Below, piece after piece: positions 25,934 to 34,254 of a stretch of DNA of 64,000 nucleotides; position 1 is the stretch's first letter, and the number at the start of each line of letters is the position of its first letter. Below the pieces are notes generated by a model. It had not been told where the DNA came from. It worked only from the letters and a program-made list of their open reading frames with translations, and made no database searches. Origin of the DNA: a virus (Duplodnaviria > Heunggongvirae > Uroviricota > Caudoviricetes); the IMG/VR virus record IMGVR_UViG_3300008110_000029; one strand, written 5' to 3'. The position numbers and the translations under genes were made by a program.

Positions 25934-27016
25934 TTAACTCCTTTTCATAACAGTGACTTCTGCCATGCTCTTCCAATTAGTAGGAAAGCTCTTGCGCAGA
26001 TCTGCACATTTTAGCACAGTTCTAAGGCTGAGTTCACGCAGACGATTCTTGTTCACGTGAATAAATTCTAGGATCTCGTCCTTGACACAGTCTTCAAACT
26101 CATAACTATCTAGCATTCCGTCCTGCGTGATCTGCTTGATCCTGAGCACTTTCTCACGCTCAGTATCCATTTGGAGATCAATATAGTGACAGCGTGACTC
26201 TAGTGCCGCCAAGTGATCCTGAAGCTTCTTAGAGCGAACATTCTCAAACTTGATGTTAGTGATAAAGATAGCGCCTGCTTTGAACTCAAACTTGTCCGGC
26301 ACTCCCTCTGTGCGCAGTACACGGCTGTCAGTGTTCCACGAAATGGTTCGCTTACTGCCACTGTCCAAAGCCGCTTTGAGGATGTTCAAGCTTAGGTCAT
26401 CTAGTAGCACTGAGTCGCAGTCATCAAACACCACGACATTGCCCTTCTCATGGTACTTGTAGAGCTTGCTATATAGACCCACTGCTGACATTGCGCCCTT
26501 GACAATCTCGTACTTGGGCTTGCGTTGTCCCATCATGTCAAACAGATCGTCCTTGCTCAGTACTTCTTCAACACCAAACGATTTGCCTACACCCGGAGGG
26601 CCTGTAACAATCATTGCGCGAACTGTGCCTTCTTTCACGGCTTTGGTCATCTCTTTCAGTACATCAAAGCGACCCCGTAGGCGTTCAATGATCTGTTCAT
26701 CAGTCTCGTGTGCAATCACTGCATCTGGAACTGAGTTCTGCACCAAGCTCATAACACCCTCTGGCTCTGTGCTCTTGACGGGTTCTGTAATAGCAGGCAG
26801 TTCACCCTCTACTACAGTATACGAACGTGGACCCTGGCAACGGATGCGGATATTACGCTCTGGGAATCCCTCACAGCTAGCACCGTTGACAGTAACATAG
26901 CCTGTGCCGTCACTGCCCACGCGAAACTGCTCTACCAATTCAAATCGCCGACCCGCAACTGAAGTGTCCTGTCCGCGGATTTTGTAAGTACCTTCTAGTA
27001 TTTCAATAACAGCCAT
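25934..27016 (-). CDS. AAA+ ATPase
   Basis: Walker A GPPGVGKS, Walker B VVVFDDCD, ALESR, own promoter. Confidence 0.85.
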   Translation of the reverse strand: MAVIEILEGTYKIRGQDTSVAGRRFELVEQFRVGSDGTGYVTVNGASCEGFPERNIRIRCQGPRSYTVVEGELPAITEPVKSTEPEGVMSLVQNSVPDAVIAHETDEQIIERLRGRFDVLKEMTKAVKEGTVRAMIVTGPPGVGKSFGVEEVLSKDDLFDMMGQRKPKYEIVKGAMSAVGLYSKLYKYHEKGNVVVFDDCDSVLLDDLSLNILKAALDSGSKRTISWNTDSRVLRTEGVPDKFEFKAGAIFITNIKFENVRSKKLQDHLAALESRCHYIDLQMDTEREKVLRIKQITQDGMLDSYEFEDCVKDEILEFIHVNKNRLRELSLRTVLKCADLRKSFPTNWKSMAEVTVMKRS

Positions 27017-27082
27017 GCTCGCTCTCCTGTGTGTGTAAAGTCATTATTATAGGGCCACTAGGGCCCTATGTCAACCAAAACC

Positions 27083-27550
27083 TTACCAGCTGCTACAGTA
27101 TTCAAAATCCCAAGCTTCTGGCAGTTCCAAACAGTCGTTGACAATTTGGACTGTGGTCTCTAGATCATCGTAGTAGTATTGATCGTAGTCAGTGCTGCCA
27201 AAGAAGAATCCGCTGGCTGAGGGCAACAGAGTTGCTGCACGATCTCTGTTGGCCAGTACTTCTTCACAGAGCTGCTTGAGCTTGATCAACTGCTCCCTGC
27301 TGACGTAGTGAGGCTTACATTCGTCCTCGCCCCCCTGCACGTTGTCAACGAACCATTGATGAATAGCATTGGCCTTGCGCCAGTAGCCGGCCTCAATGCG
27401 TACTTCTTTGACGCAGCTGTCTGCACCCGATCGATCCCGGCCCTTGAGTTCTGGGAACTGCTCTTGAATAGCTTCTGCACGTTCTTTGTCTGCTTCATCC
27501 ATGTAACCGCTGATGTAGCGTTTACCGCTGAGGTACATGTCTAAACCCAT
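27083..27550 (-). CDS. conserved phage hypothetical protein (MGLDMYL...YWRKAN type)
   Basis: own promoter and AGGAGCG RBS. Confidence 0.8.
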   Translation of the reverse strand: MGLDMYLSGKRYISGYMDEADKERAEAIQEQFPELKGRDRSGADSCVKEVRIEAGYWRKANAIHQWFVDNVQGGEDECKPHYVSREQLIKLKQLCEEVLANRDRAATLLPSASGFFFGSTDYDQYYYDDLETTVQIVNDCLELPEAWDFEYCSSW

Positions 27551-27593
27551 GATTCGCTCCTAAGTAGTTTAAAGGAAGTACTAGTATACGATC

Positions 27594-28085
27594 TCAGCTG
27601 CCCGTTGTCAATCGGAGAACGCCTGGGCGGCCCTTGACCGGTTCAAAACCTTCAATAAACATGTGATGAAGGTCGCCTGAATTTGTGATCAGATTGTTGG
27701 CCAACATGTACATGGTTCCCCAGGTACGACCCTGCAGTTCAGCTTCCACAGGCTCAGGGCCCCAATGACCGTCATAGATCACAGTGTGATAGTCTTGATA
27801 GGGATGCTCTTGGTAGAGATCATCAACTTCGTAGATGCTCCAAACTGAGCCCAAATCAAATTCAACAGCAAACGAACGATAGTTCTCGTACTTGCGATCA
27901 AATGCTTCAGTGTCCTGATCATAGGCATGCTTTAGCCCCTGTTCAAAACCCCTGATCACAGCCTGCAGCTGATCAGCGAGATTATTGTTGATCACTCCCG
28001 TGAGCTTTTGCTGCACTGTGCGCAGCTGGCAGAGAGTGTTGTGTACCGTGGTAAAGTCTTCGCCCTTGAGTGTAACAGTTTGCAT
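27594..28085 (-). CDS. hypothetical protein
   Basis: 163 aa. Confidence 0.7.
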   Translation of the reverse strand: MQTVTLKGEDFTTVHNTLCQLRTVQQKLTGVINNNLADQLQAVIRGFEQGLKHAYDQDTEAFDRKYENYRSFAVEFDLGSVWSIYEVDDLYQEHPYQDYHTVIYDGHWGPEPVEAELQGRTWGTMYMLANNLITNSGDLHHMFIEGFEPVKGRPGVLRLTTGS

Positions 28086-28086
28086 A

Positions 28087-28461
28087 TTAGACCTCTACAG
28101 TGTGTGAATGACGCAGCGACAGCATGAACAGACGTTGGCTTAACTGTGCTGCTGCCTGTTTGGCCTGCTGTAGCGCAGTACCGATTATATCCTCAGCTGT
28201 GCCATCTGTCAATACCTCGCGGGCATCACCATAGCAACAGCCACCTAGATACTCTGAGGCCAGCTCGTGATCATCTATCAGTACACGAACACGCAGCATG
28301 AACCAGTCATAGTAGCCCGTGTCAATCTGCTCACAGAGCTGACTGATATCAGTAACTGAGTCATCGAAACAGTCCCGAGGATGCATGTCTTCCCAGGTCT
28401 TGTCCACTATGATGTCAAAGCCATCCCGCTCCATGCGGGCCAATTGATCAAAATGTCGCAT
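28087..28461 (-). CDS. hypothetical protein (start MRHFDQ)
   Basis: trimmed track ORF. Confidence 0.65.
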   Translation of the reverse strand: MRHFDQLARMERDGFDIIVDKTWEDMHPRDCFDDSVTDISQLCEQIDTGYYDWFMLRVRVLIDDHELASEYLGGCCYGDAREVLTDGTAEDIIGTALQQAKQAAAQLSQRLFMLSLRHSHTVEV

Positions 28462-28705
28462 ACAGTTCCACCTTTGGATCAAGCTTGAACAATTCGCCCT
28501 CAGCACCCTTTAACAGTGTGTAGCGGCGCTGTACTTCAGATCTGCTGAGTTCACCATCGCAGGTAAGATTCTCGGGACTCAGTGCTGCTGCAATGTGATC
28601 AGCAACACGTTGACGATCTTCAAAGGTCTCTAAGGTTAACAATTGCTGCTGGAAGATCTCGCGGAAGCGATTCTCCTGAGCCAAGTACTTGTTGAGGTAT
28701 TTCAC
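28448..28705 (-). CDS. hypothetical protein, GTG start
   Basis: own promoter and AGGAGCG RBS before GTG. Confidence 0.7.
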   Translation of the reverse strand: MKYLNKYLAQENRFREIFQQQLLTLETFEDRQRVADHIAAALSPENLTCDGELSRSEVQRRYTLLKGAEGELFKLDPKVELYATF

Positions 28706-28776
28706 AGTTCGCTCCTGTAAACACTGCACATCGCAGTCTTAACAGTATACGATCACAGATCCAAACTGTCAACCAC

Positions 28777-28803
28777 AAAAAAACCCTACTGTACAGTAGG
28801 GTT
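28777..28803 (-). terminator. intrinsic terminator
   Basis: AACCCTACTG/CAGTAGGGTT stem plus T tail. Confidence 0.75.
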
Positions 28804-28814
28804 ATTCAAGCCCA

Positions 28815-29126
28815 TCAGCCGCGATCTATTTCAAGGTCGGGTTCATCGTCTAGGATCTTGTAGTCTGAAACGCGATCCCAGCGGAAACTGCGCCACTCGC
28901 CTTTGTCTAGATCCCACACGGGCTGCACATCAGGATTGGGTTCTTTGATGCCTCGAGGATGCTGCGATCCTGGCACGTAGTCCAAATTTGTAGTGCCGCG
29001 CAGCACACGTTGCGACCCATCTGCTTTGGTAAACGTTACAGCAACTTCTCCAGCAGCCAATGCACGTCTAACCTGATCTTTAAATTCAGCTGCTTCTGCT
29101 AGCTGCATGTCTTCTACTACTCGCAT
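28815..29126 (-). CDS. WYL_2/DUF2693-like SH3-fold protein
   Basis: VTFTKADGSQR...VWDLDKGEWRSFRWDRV. Confidence 0.75.
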   Translation of the reverse strand: MRVVEDMQLAEAAEFKDQVRRALAAGEVAVTFTKADGSQRVLRGTTNLDYVPGSQHPRGIKEPNPDVQPVWDLDKGEWRSFRWDRVSDYKILDDEPDLEIDRG

Positions 29127-29155
29127 AGTTATTCTCCAATTATATATTTAACTGT

Positions 29156-29240
29156 TGGTGCCCGGAGCCGGAATCGAACCGGCACGCTCGGACTCAACGG
29201 ATTATGAGTCCGCTGCTTTAACCAATTAAGCTAAAGGCCC
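29156..29240 (-). pseudogene. tRNA-like gene, apparent chimera (CAU-anticodon 5' half plus Leu-type 3' half), acceptor stem unpaired
   Basis: D arm, GCGGA-CTCATAA-TCCGT anticodon arm, GCCGG-TTCGATT-CCGGC T arm and encoded CCA. 5' GGGCCTT does not pair with 3' TCCGGGC. Confidence 0.75.
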
Positions 29241-29263
29241 TCAACAGCAGCAACTATACAGTG

Positions 29264-29536
29264 TTAAAGGTCTTTTGTCAATGGATTATTTGAGTCGTTC
29301 GCTCGGTCTTTGCTCACGACAAATTCTACGAATGTATCTAGACGATGCGCAACGATGTCAGGTGCAGCACGACATAAACAATCCAGATCAAAATCAGTGG
29401 GATAGTGACGCAGCAGTGCAGCAGCTTGTGTACGTATGATCTTGGGCACACCAGGTGTATTAATGCCCGCAGCTAGATCACTGAGAAATCGTCGCGATTC
29501 ACGTATAGCACGATAGCGTTCGTCAGGTAATGTCAT
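29264..29536 (-). CDS. BPSL0761-like protein
   Basis: MTLPDERYRAI...LLRHYP pattern. Confidence 0.65.
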   Translation of the reverse strand: MTLPDERYRAIRESRRFLSDLAAGINTPGVPKIIRTQAAALLRHYPTDFDLDCLCRAAPDIVAHRLDTFVEFVVSKDRANDSNNPLTKDL

Positions 29537-29542
29537 ATATGT

Positions 29543-29722
29543 TTATGTTGATAGGTATGTAGCAGCGGGGCCTTTGCGTGGCTTGATGTCATTGTCTCGT
29601 TCCCAGTGTATTTCTTCACGTAGTTGACCGTAGAAGTCACTGAGAGCCTGCAGGTATCCCACGTTATAGCTCAGTATATTAGTAGCTATGAACACTAGTG
29701 TAATTAGAATTTTAGTTAACAC
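29543..29722 (-). CDS. 59-aa membrane protein, GTG start, absent from track
   Basis: manual translation, N-terminal TM. Confidence 0.5.
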   Translation of the reverse strand: MLTKILITLVFIATNILSYNVGYLQALSDFYGQLREEIHWERDNDIKPRKGPAATYLST

Positions 29723-30022
29723 GGTGGGATCCTAAGGTAGAGATACTGTTATTATATACGCATATTTATGTGTGTGTCAATATTATGAATAGATATCTAC
29801 ATATATGTGTAGTATATACACAACACAGCAGCGGGGCCAGTTGACAGTGTGCGTATACTGTGTTAAACCCCCCTGAGTTGTGACTCTACGTTAAGAAATA
29901 GTCCAGGGAACCGTGGGAAAAAATAGGTCTTATGGTCCGTTATAGTGGGGTCCCTACTGTGAATTTTAGGCTATTTACAGCGTGTATAATGGTGGAGTGA
30001 GGGGTATACAAAAAATGGTCCC

Positions 30023-30072
30023 CTCTATAATTCTCTATAATTCTCTATAATTCTCTATAGTTCGCTATAATT
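30023..30072 (+). repeat. 10-bp tandem repeat (CTCTATAATT)n
   Basis: three perfect and two degenerate units. Confidence 0.85.
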
Positions 30073-30385
30073 GTCTACTGTGCGTATACAGTTATAACTG
30101 TTGCAGCGGGGCCTATCGTCTTGGTTGATCTTGACAGTGTTTGTGCTGTTCTGCATTAGGTTTCTTGCACAGTTCTCGTATCTGTTGTTCTAACCTAATT
30201 CTCTTTGGTTCGTGTACAGTGTGATACATTACTATGTGTGCTGTAAAGTACATGACTGTGAATACCACAAGTGTTATAGTGTATTGATTCATATATTGCA
30301 GCGGGGCCTATACATGTTTTGGGTTTTATACTGGTTAGTGTTAACACTATTATAACAGTTAATCAGTACTAGGTCAATCAGTGAA

Positions 30386-30604
30386 TTATTTTGGTGTATA
30401 GCTGCCGTTGTGTGTGCTGTCGTAGTATTTGACATATACACAGCGAGGACTTACTCTATATTGATCTATGTACCATGTGTGTTTAACGCGATCTCGCTCT
30501 CTAGTGCAGGCTTCATAGGATGAAAATGGTGCTTGTATAACACCTTTGCTCTGTACTTGTCCCAGGGGTTCGTGTACATATAAGCTGATCAGTAGTACCC
30601 ACAT
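30386..30604 (-). CDS. small secreted/membrane protein
   Basis: hydrophobic N-terminus, two Cys. Confidence 0.6.
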   Translation of the reverse strand: MWVLLISLYVHEPLGQVQSKGVIQAPFSSYEACTRERDRVKHTWYIDQYRVSPRCVYVKYYDSTHNGSYTPK

Positions 30605-30741
30605 CAGTATGTGCCCTCCAGTTGTTCCAGCCAGGTGATCAGTGCTGCTGCTATTAATGCTAGTGGGATCACGAACTCTGCTTGATCAGTGCGCATGGCC
30701 ACAACCATCAACACTGCAAAGTATGACACTATCTGCCACAT
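30604..30741 (-). CDS. 45-aa two-TM peptide, absent from track
   Basis: coupled on both sides, AGGAG RBS. Confidence 0.55.
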   Translation of the reverse strand: MWQIVSYFAVLMVVAMRTDQAEFVIPLALIAAALITWLEQLEGTY

Positions 30742-30742
30742 G

Positions 30743-30961
30743 TTACTTTACTCCTTTCTTTCGATTTTTTTCTTCTATGCCTGACTGTATCATCTTCTTA
30801 AACAGCAGGACCACACGCTGTCGTTCCTTGTCTGCTAGGATCTGTATCAGCATCTGTTTCTCTTCGTAGCTGTTGGCGCCGTCAAGGAAGCCTTCGGGTA
30901 CTGTGGGTTTGGGTTTTTTGGGCTTTAACTTGTTGAGTTTTTTTTGGAGATCTTCATCCAT
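30743..30961 (-). CDS. basic hypothetical protein (start MDEDLQ)
   Basis: GGAG RBS. Confidence 0.65.
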   Translation of the reverse strand: MDEDLQKKLNKLKPKKPKPTVPEGFLDGANSYEEKQMLIQILADKERQRVVLLFKKMIQSGIEEKNRKKGVK

Positions 30962-31063
30962 GATTAACCTAAATCTCCTAGGGTTTCCAGCCAGTATATG
31001 GCCAGAGCTGTCAGTGCTGCCGTAGACCAAATCACTGTCTGTACAGCCCAAAACTGTGGCCAA

Positions 31064-31294
31064 CTATTCACTGCTCTTGTTGGGCAAGAACTCTGGGGTT
31101 GTTACGTCTATTTCAGTACGGGGCCATTCGTGTGCATAGTCTGTGATACGGTGCAGATCACGACTGCTGTTTGCTGGCTCCCGCAAGGGTATCAGCGTGT
31201 TGCGTACCTGCCCATTTTGAGTCTGCTGTATCTGTAGATTCTTTCTAGTTGAGTCTAGACTGACACGCTGTTTGATAGTAATTGGACTGGCCAT
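31064..31294 (-). CDS. hypothetical protein
   Basis: 76 aa. Confidence 0.5.
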   Translation of the reverse strand: MASPITIKQRVSLDSTRKNLQIQQTQNGQVRNTLIPLREPANSSRDLHRITDYAHEWPRTEIDVTTPEFLPNKSSE

Positions 31295-31300
31295 GGTAAT

Positions 31301-31744
31301 TTACCCCTTTTGGGTATTTATCATAAACTTGGCTGCTTCTGCGTCCACTACACGCTGCCTTAATTCTGTGGTGCTGAACGTGTGATCTCTGCGGTTGTAG
31401 TAAAATTGGATATTGCGATCCATGCAGATTTTGCGTCCCGTGAACTCGCTATGCTCGTACTCTTGTCCCAGAATACGTATGTCTATGTCCGTGCTGAGTA
31501 GGATGTCTTCTAGTTCTCGCTCTGTGGCATAGGGTATGATCTCATCCACATACCTGCAGGCTTTGAGCTGCACCCAACGCTCGTATAAGGTCTGTACGGG
31601 TCGGTTCTTGTGGGGTCGATCTATAGTAGGATCTGACTGTAGGCCCACAATCAGATAGTGGCACTGGTTACGAGCTTCTTCCAGCATCTTAACGTGCCCT
31701 GCATGAAACAGATCAAATGTTGAACAGGTAAATCCGCGAATCAT
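31301..31744 (-). CDS. glycerol-3-phosphate cytidylyltransferase-like (TagD family)
   Basis: GFTCSTFDLFHAGH (HxGH), RDHTFSTTELR. Confidence 0.88.
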   Translation of the reverse strand: MIRGFTCSTFDLFHAGHVKMLEEARNQCHYLIVGLQSDPTIDRPHKNRPVQTLYERWVQLKACRYVDEIIPYATERELEDILLSTDIDIRILGQEYEHSEFTGRKICMDRNIQFYYNRRDHTFSTTELRQRVVDAEAAKFMINTQKG

Positions 31745-32451
31745 TGACGGGGGTCTCCAAAACGATAGCTGCCTTGGTGTGTGGCACGAATCCAGGGTAA
31801 CCATATGACTTCGCCCCCGGTCATGCGCCAATGATCACAGAAGAACGTGTCTTCACTGACATAGCCACGAGTGGTGGGATTCACAGCCATACCCCAGTAA
31901 TTGTAGCAGGGCTTACCGTAGTTGTCATAGGCCTGATGTTCACCATGGTGCTGCCTAAATCGTTCAAATGCACTGCGCTGGATCAACATTAGGCCTGCTC
32001 CACTGTGTGTCACAGGGTAGGTGCGATCACGGGGGCTTTTTGGATCACGGAAACGTATCACATCCTGCTGGCAGTTGCGGGCCAGGGTGTCATTGTCCAC
32101 ACCCTCTGCAATCAACTGTCGTACTAGATCCCAGTCTATCTGCTTCTTAGGGTAAGTGCCCACTACCACGGGTAGGTCTTGGTCCACCATCTCAGTTAGA
32201 TGGGGCTCTGGGCTAAAGCCCACGTCAGCATCTAACCAAAATAAGTGTGTGCAGTTTGAGTCCATGAACTCCTGTGTAAGATCATTGCGAGCATGACTGA
32301 TTGAGCTTTGGTTGGTACGGAACACAAACTCCACATAGATCTTGTGAGTATGGCTCCAGTGCTTGATCTGCAGCAGTGTTTCTATATAGTTGGCGCAGCC
32401 CTGACCCCCGTACATGGGGGTGGCTACCATAATTCTTGTGCTAGGGTTCAT
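31741..32451 (-). CDS. GT-A fold glycosyltransferase-like protein
   Basis: VATPMYGG, ISHARN, FWLDADV (DxD), GAGLMLI, SEDTFFC. Confidence 0.75.
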   Translation of the reverse strand: MNPSTRIMVATPMYGGQGCANYIETLLQIKHWSHTHKIYVEFVFRTNQSSISHARNDLTQEFMDSNCTHLFWLDADVGFSPEPHLTEMVDQDLPVVVGTYPKKQIDWDLVRQLIAEGVDNDTLARNCQQDVIRFRDPKSPRDRTYPVTHSGAGLMLIQRSAFERFRQHHGEHQAYDNYGKPCYNYWGMAVNPTTRGYVSEDTFFCDHWRMTGGEVIWLPWIRATHQGSYRFGDPRQ

Positions 32452-33068
32452 AATTGAAATTGTGTGTAATAGGGTTCGGCAAGTGGGTCCATGAGCATGG
32501 TAATCAACTGATCGTAGTCTACCAAGGTTGACCCCCAATACTGTTGCTGCACAGCTTCAAAGTTCTCACGACTCTGTAGCACCCAGGGCCAGCTGTGGGC
32601 TGGGTAGTAGGCCAAGCTGATGTGATTGAGACTGGAGTCCTGGGTCACATACTTGTGTCGTTCTAGGGTCAGGGGTATGCAGCAGATCATTTCCATCAAT
32701 CGCATTCTGTTGGCTGTTAGAGATAGATCACAGGCCCTGATGATGCTGCTGGGGTCTCTGACCTTGTCTACACTGGTACCCGGACTTTTAACACGGGTCA
32801 GGCCCAGTAAAAACTTATTGCGCTGGCGTATGTGATTGAAGTCTAGTCTAAAACGAATTTTAGGCTCACCAGTGACTAGATCTGGCACTGCAACCCACCC
32901 TGGCTCTCCAGTAAGCAAACAGGTCAACTGTCGAGTTGGATCACCCATGTATATGTGCTGCAACACAGATAGGTTTAGATTTTTATAGTAGGCCTTTTTG
33001 ATTTCGCCCGCTTTGTCACAAGTGGGTTGAAATAGGGCATCTACTGGTATGTAAATTTTTTTTGTCAT
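32448..33068 (-). CDS. divergent HNH-like endonuclease
   Basis: CLLTG...DFNHI...CCIPLTLERH spacing. Confidence 0.45.
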   Translation of the reverse strand: MTKKIYIPVDALFQPTCDKAGEIKKAYYKNLNLSVLQHIYMGDPTRQLTCLLTGEPGWVAVPDLVTGEPKIRFRLDFNHIRQRNKFLLGLTRVKSPGTSVDKVRDPSSIIRACDLSLTANRMRLMEMICCIPLTLERHKYVTQDSSLNHISLAYYPAHSWPWVLQSRENFEAVQQQYWGSTLVDYDQLITMLMDPLAEPYYTQFQL

Positions 33069-33153
33069 TATGGTTACGGTGTCTTAACAGTGGTCGTCCA
33101 CTAAATTAATTATCTGCGTAGATTATTCCACAGTTTAGATATGAGTTAAATAT

Positions 33154-34254
33154 ATGACTATGGCAAATCCTTTAGATCAATTAACTACCTATACTCAAGA
33201 AAATCCCAACAGTCTTACTGCTGCTGTGGAAAGACGCAGCACTGTCAATCCTTTGGCACGTAGATTGAACACAGTAATCGCAGCCAGTGCCAATCAAACA
33301 GTGTCCACAATCACAACAGACACCACTGAAATAATCGGTGATGTTGAGATAGGCACAGCCGATGCAGTTGTGACTGTACCAGCAGAAAGCATTGAAGCAT
33401 TAAAACAAGAACTATTAAATGATTACATCAGCCCGTTAACTGATGTAATTGCCAACCTAGAAAGTTTCAGTGGTGACCTAGAAGGCACCCCACCTAATGC
33501 ACAGATCAGAGAAAATGCTGTGGGCATCAGAGAATTAAATGTAATAGACGGTACCAACGGACAGGTATTGGCCACTGATGGTGCCGGTAATCTCAGCTTT
33601 GTCACTGCTTCGTTAGGTGGGGGTGGGGGTGGCGGAACTTTTATTCTACCCACTGCCACAGCCAGTGTGTTAGGTGGCGTAAAGATTGGTTCAAATATTA
33701 CCATTACTAACGGTGTGATCAGTGTAGCAGCTCCCTTTAGTGCTAGCTACAACGATTTAAGTAATAGACCCACGCTGACCACGGGTAATGTTAAATCTGT
33801 AGCAGTTGCAGGACAGACCACTGTTACCTTGGCACAGGATGATACCCTTACTTTAGTAGCAGGAGTTGCTATAGGTATTACAACAAACAGTACCAATAAG
33901 TCTGTGACCATAAGCAGTGCTAGAACAGTGAGAGCAGATACTGTGGGAGCCGCATCCTACGGTCTGGATTGTACTTTATACAATGCATGGAACCTTACAC
34001 TAACTGCCAGTGCTGCAACCACTGTACAGATTGCCACAGGTAAGGCCCCTCCAAACGGTGTAGAATACGAGATGCGAATTTTTATAACCTATAAGGCCAA
34101 TTCTTCTGTAACGTTTAACCTTCCTGGTTTGAAATGGCCCGGAAACATAGTTCCAACACAAACGGGTACGGCCGATAAAATAGATATCTTTGCTTTTACT
34201 ACAATAGATGGCGGCAGTATCTGGTATGGCTCAGTATTAGGACAGAACTTCTAA
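33154..34254 (+). CDS. tail fibre-associated protein
   Basis: GQVLATDGAG, poly-Gly linker, LPTATASVLGGVKIG, C-terminal KWPG...DIFAFTTIDGG..WYG. Confidence 0.75.
   Translation: MTMANPLDQLTTYTQENPNSLTAAVERRSTVNPLARRLNTVIAASANQTVSTITTDTTEIIGDVEIGTADAVVTVPAESIEALKQELLNDYISPLTDVIANLESFSGDLEGTPPNAQIRENAVGIRELNVIDGTNGQVLATDGAGNLSFVTASLGGGGGGGTFILPTATASVLGGVKIGSNITITNGVISVAAPFSASYNDLSNRPTLTTGNVKSVAVAGQTTVTLAQDDTLTLVAGVAIGITTNSTNKSVTISSARTVRADTVGAASYGLDCTLYNAWNLTLTASAATTVQIATGKAPPNGVEYEMRIFITYKANSSVTFNLPGLKWPGNIVPTQTGTADKIDIFAFTTIDGGSIWYGSVLGQNF

Larger units (their letters stand above)
11324..29281 (-). promoter_or_regulatory. array of about 27 sigma70-type early promoters
   Basis: TTGAC(A)-17nt-(TATACT/TATAAT/TATTAT/TACTAT/TAATAT/TATAGT). 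-35 boxes (+ coordinates) start at 11347, 11902, 12453, 13867, 14223, 14614, 15222, 15761, 16909, 17338, 17771, 18158, 18446, 18848, 19073, 19419, 19801, 20420, 21294, 21577, 23409, 24634, 25321, 27069, 27606, 28767 and 29276. Confidence 0.92.
13321..30308 (+). repeat. dispersed 11-mer GCAGCGGGGCC, 7 co-oriented copies
   Basis: copies at 13321, 15992, 22058, 29562, 29828, 30103 and 30298. Confidence 0.85.

Noticed and set aside
22139-26900. Long + strand ORFs (e.g. 22655..23164, 24482..25267, 26466..26900) and similar ones across 11-33 kb
   Set aside because: They are antisense shadows of - strand genes that have clear motifs, promoters and RBSs; they lack RBSs and recognisable motifs
29156-29240. 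Call as a functional tRNA-Met/Ile2/Leu, or as an attP site
   Set aside because: The acceptor stem does not pair and no integrase is seen in the window, so it is reported as a chimeric tRNA-like element
11300-29281. Recurrent ~50-bp similar units as a CRISPR array
   Set aside because: Spacing is irregular (hundreds of bp), each unit is a promoter-leader-RBS cassette in front of a gene, and no cas genes are present
33616-33636. G-rich run as a phase-variable tract
   Set aside because: It encodes a poly-Gly linker with mixed codons, typical of tail fibres
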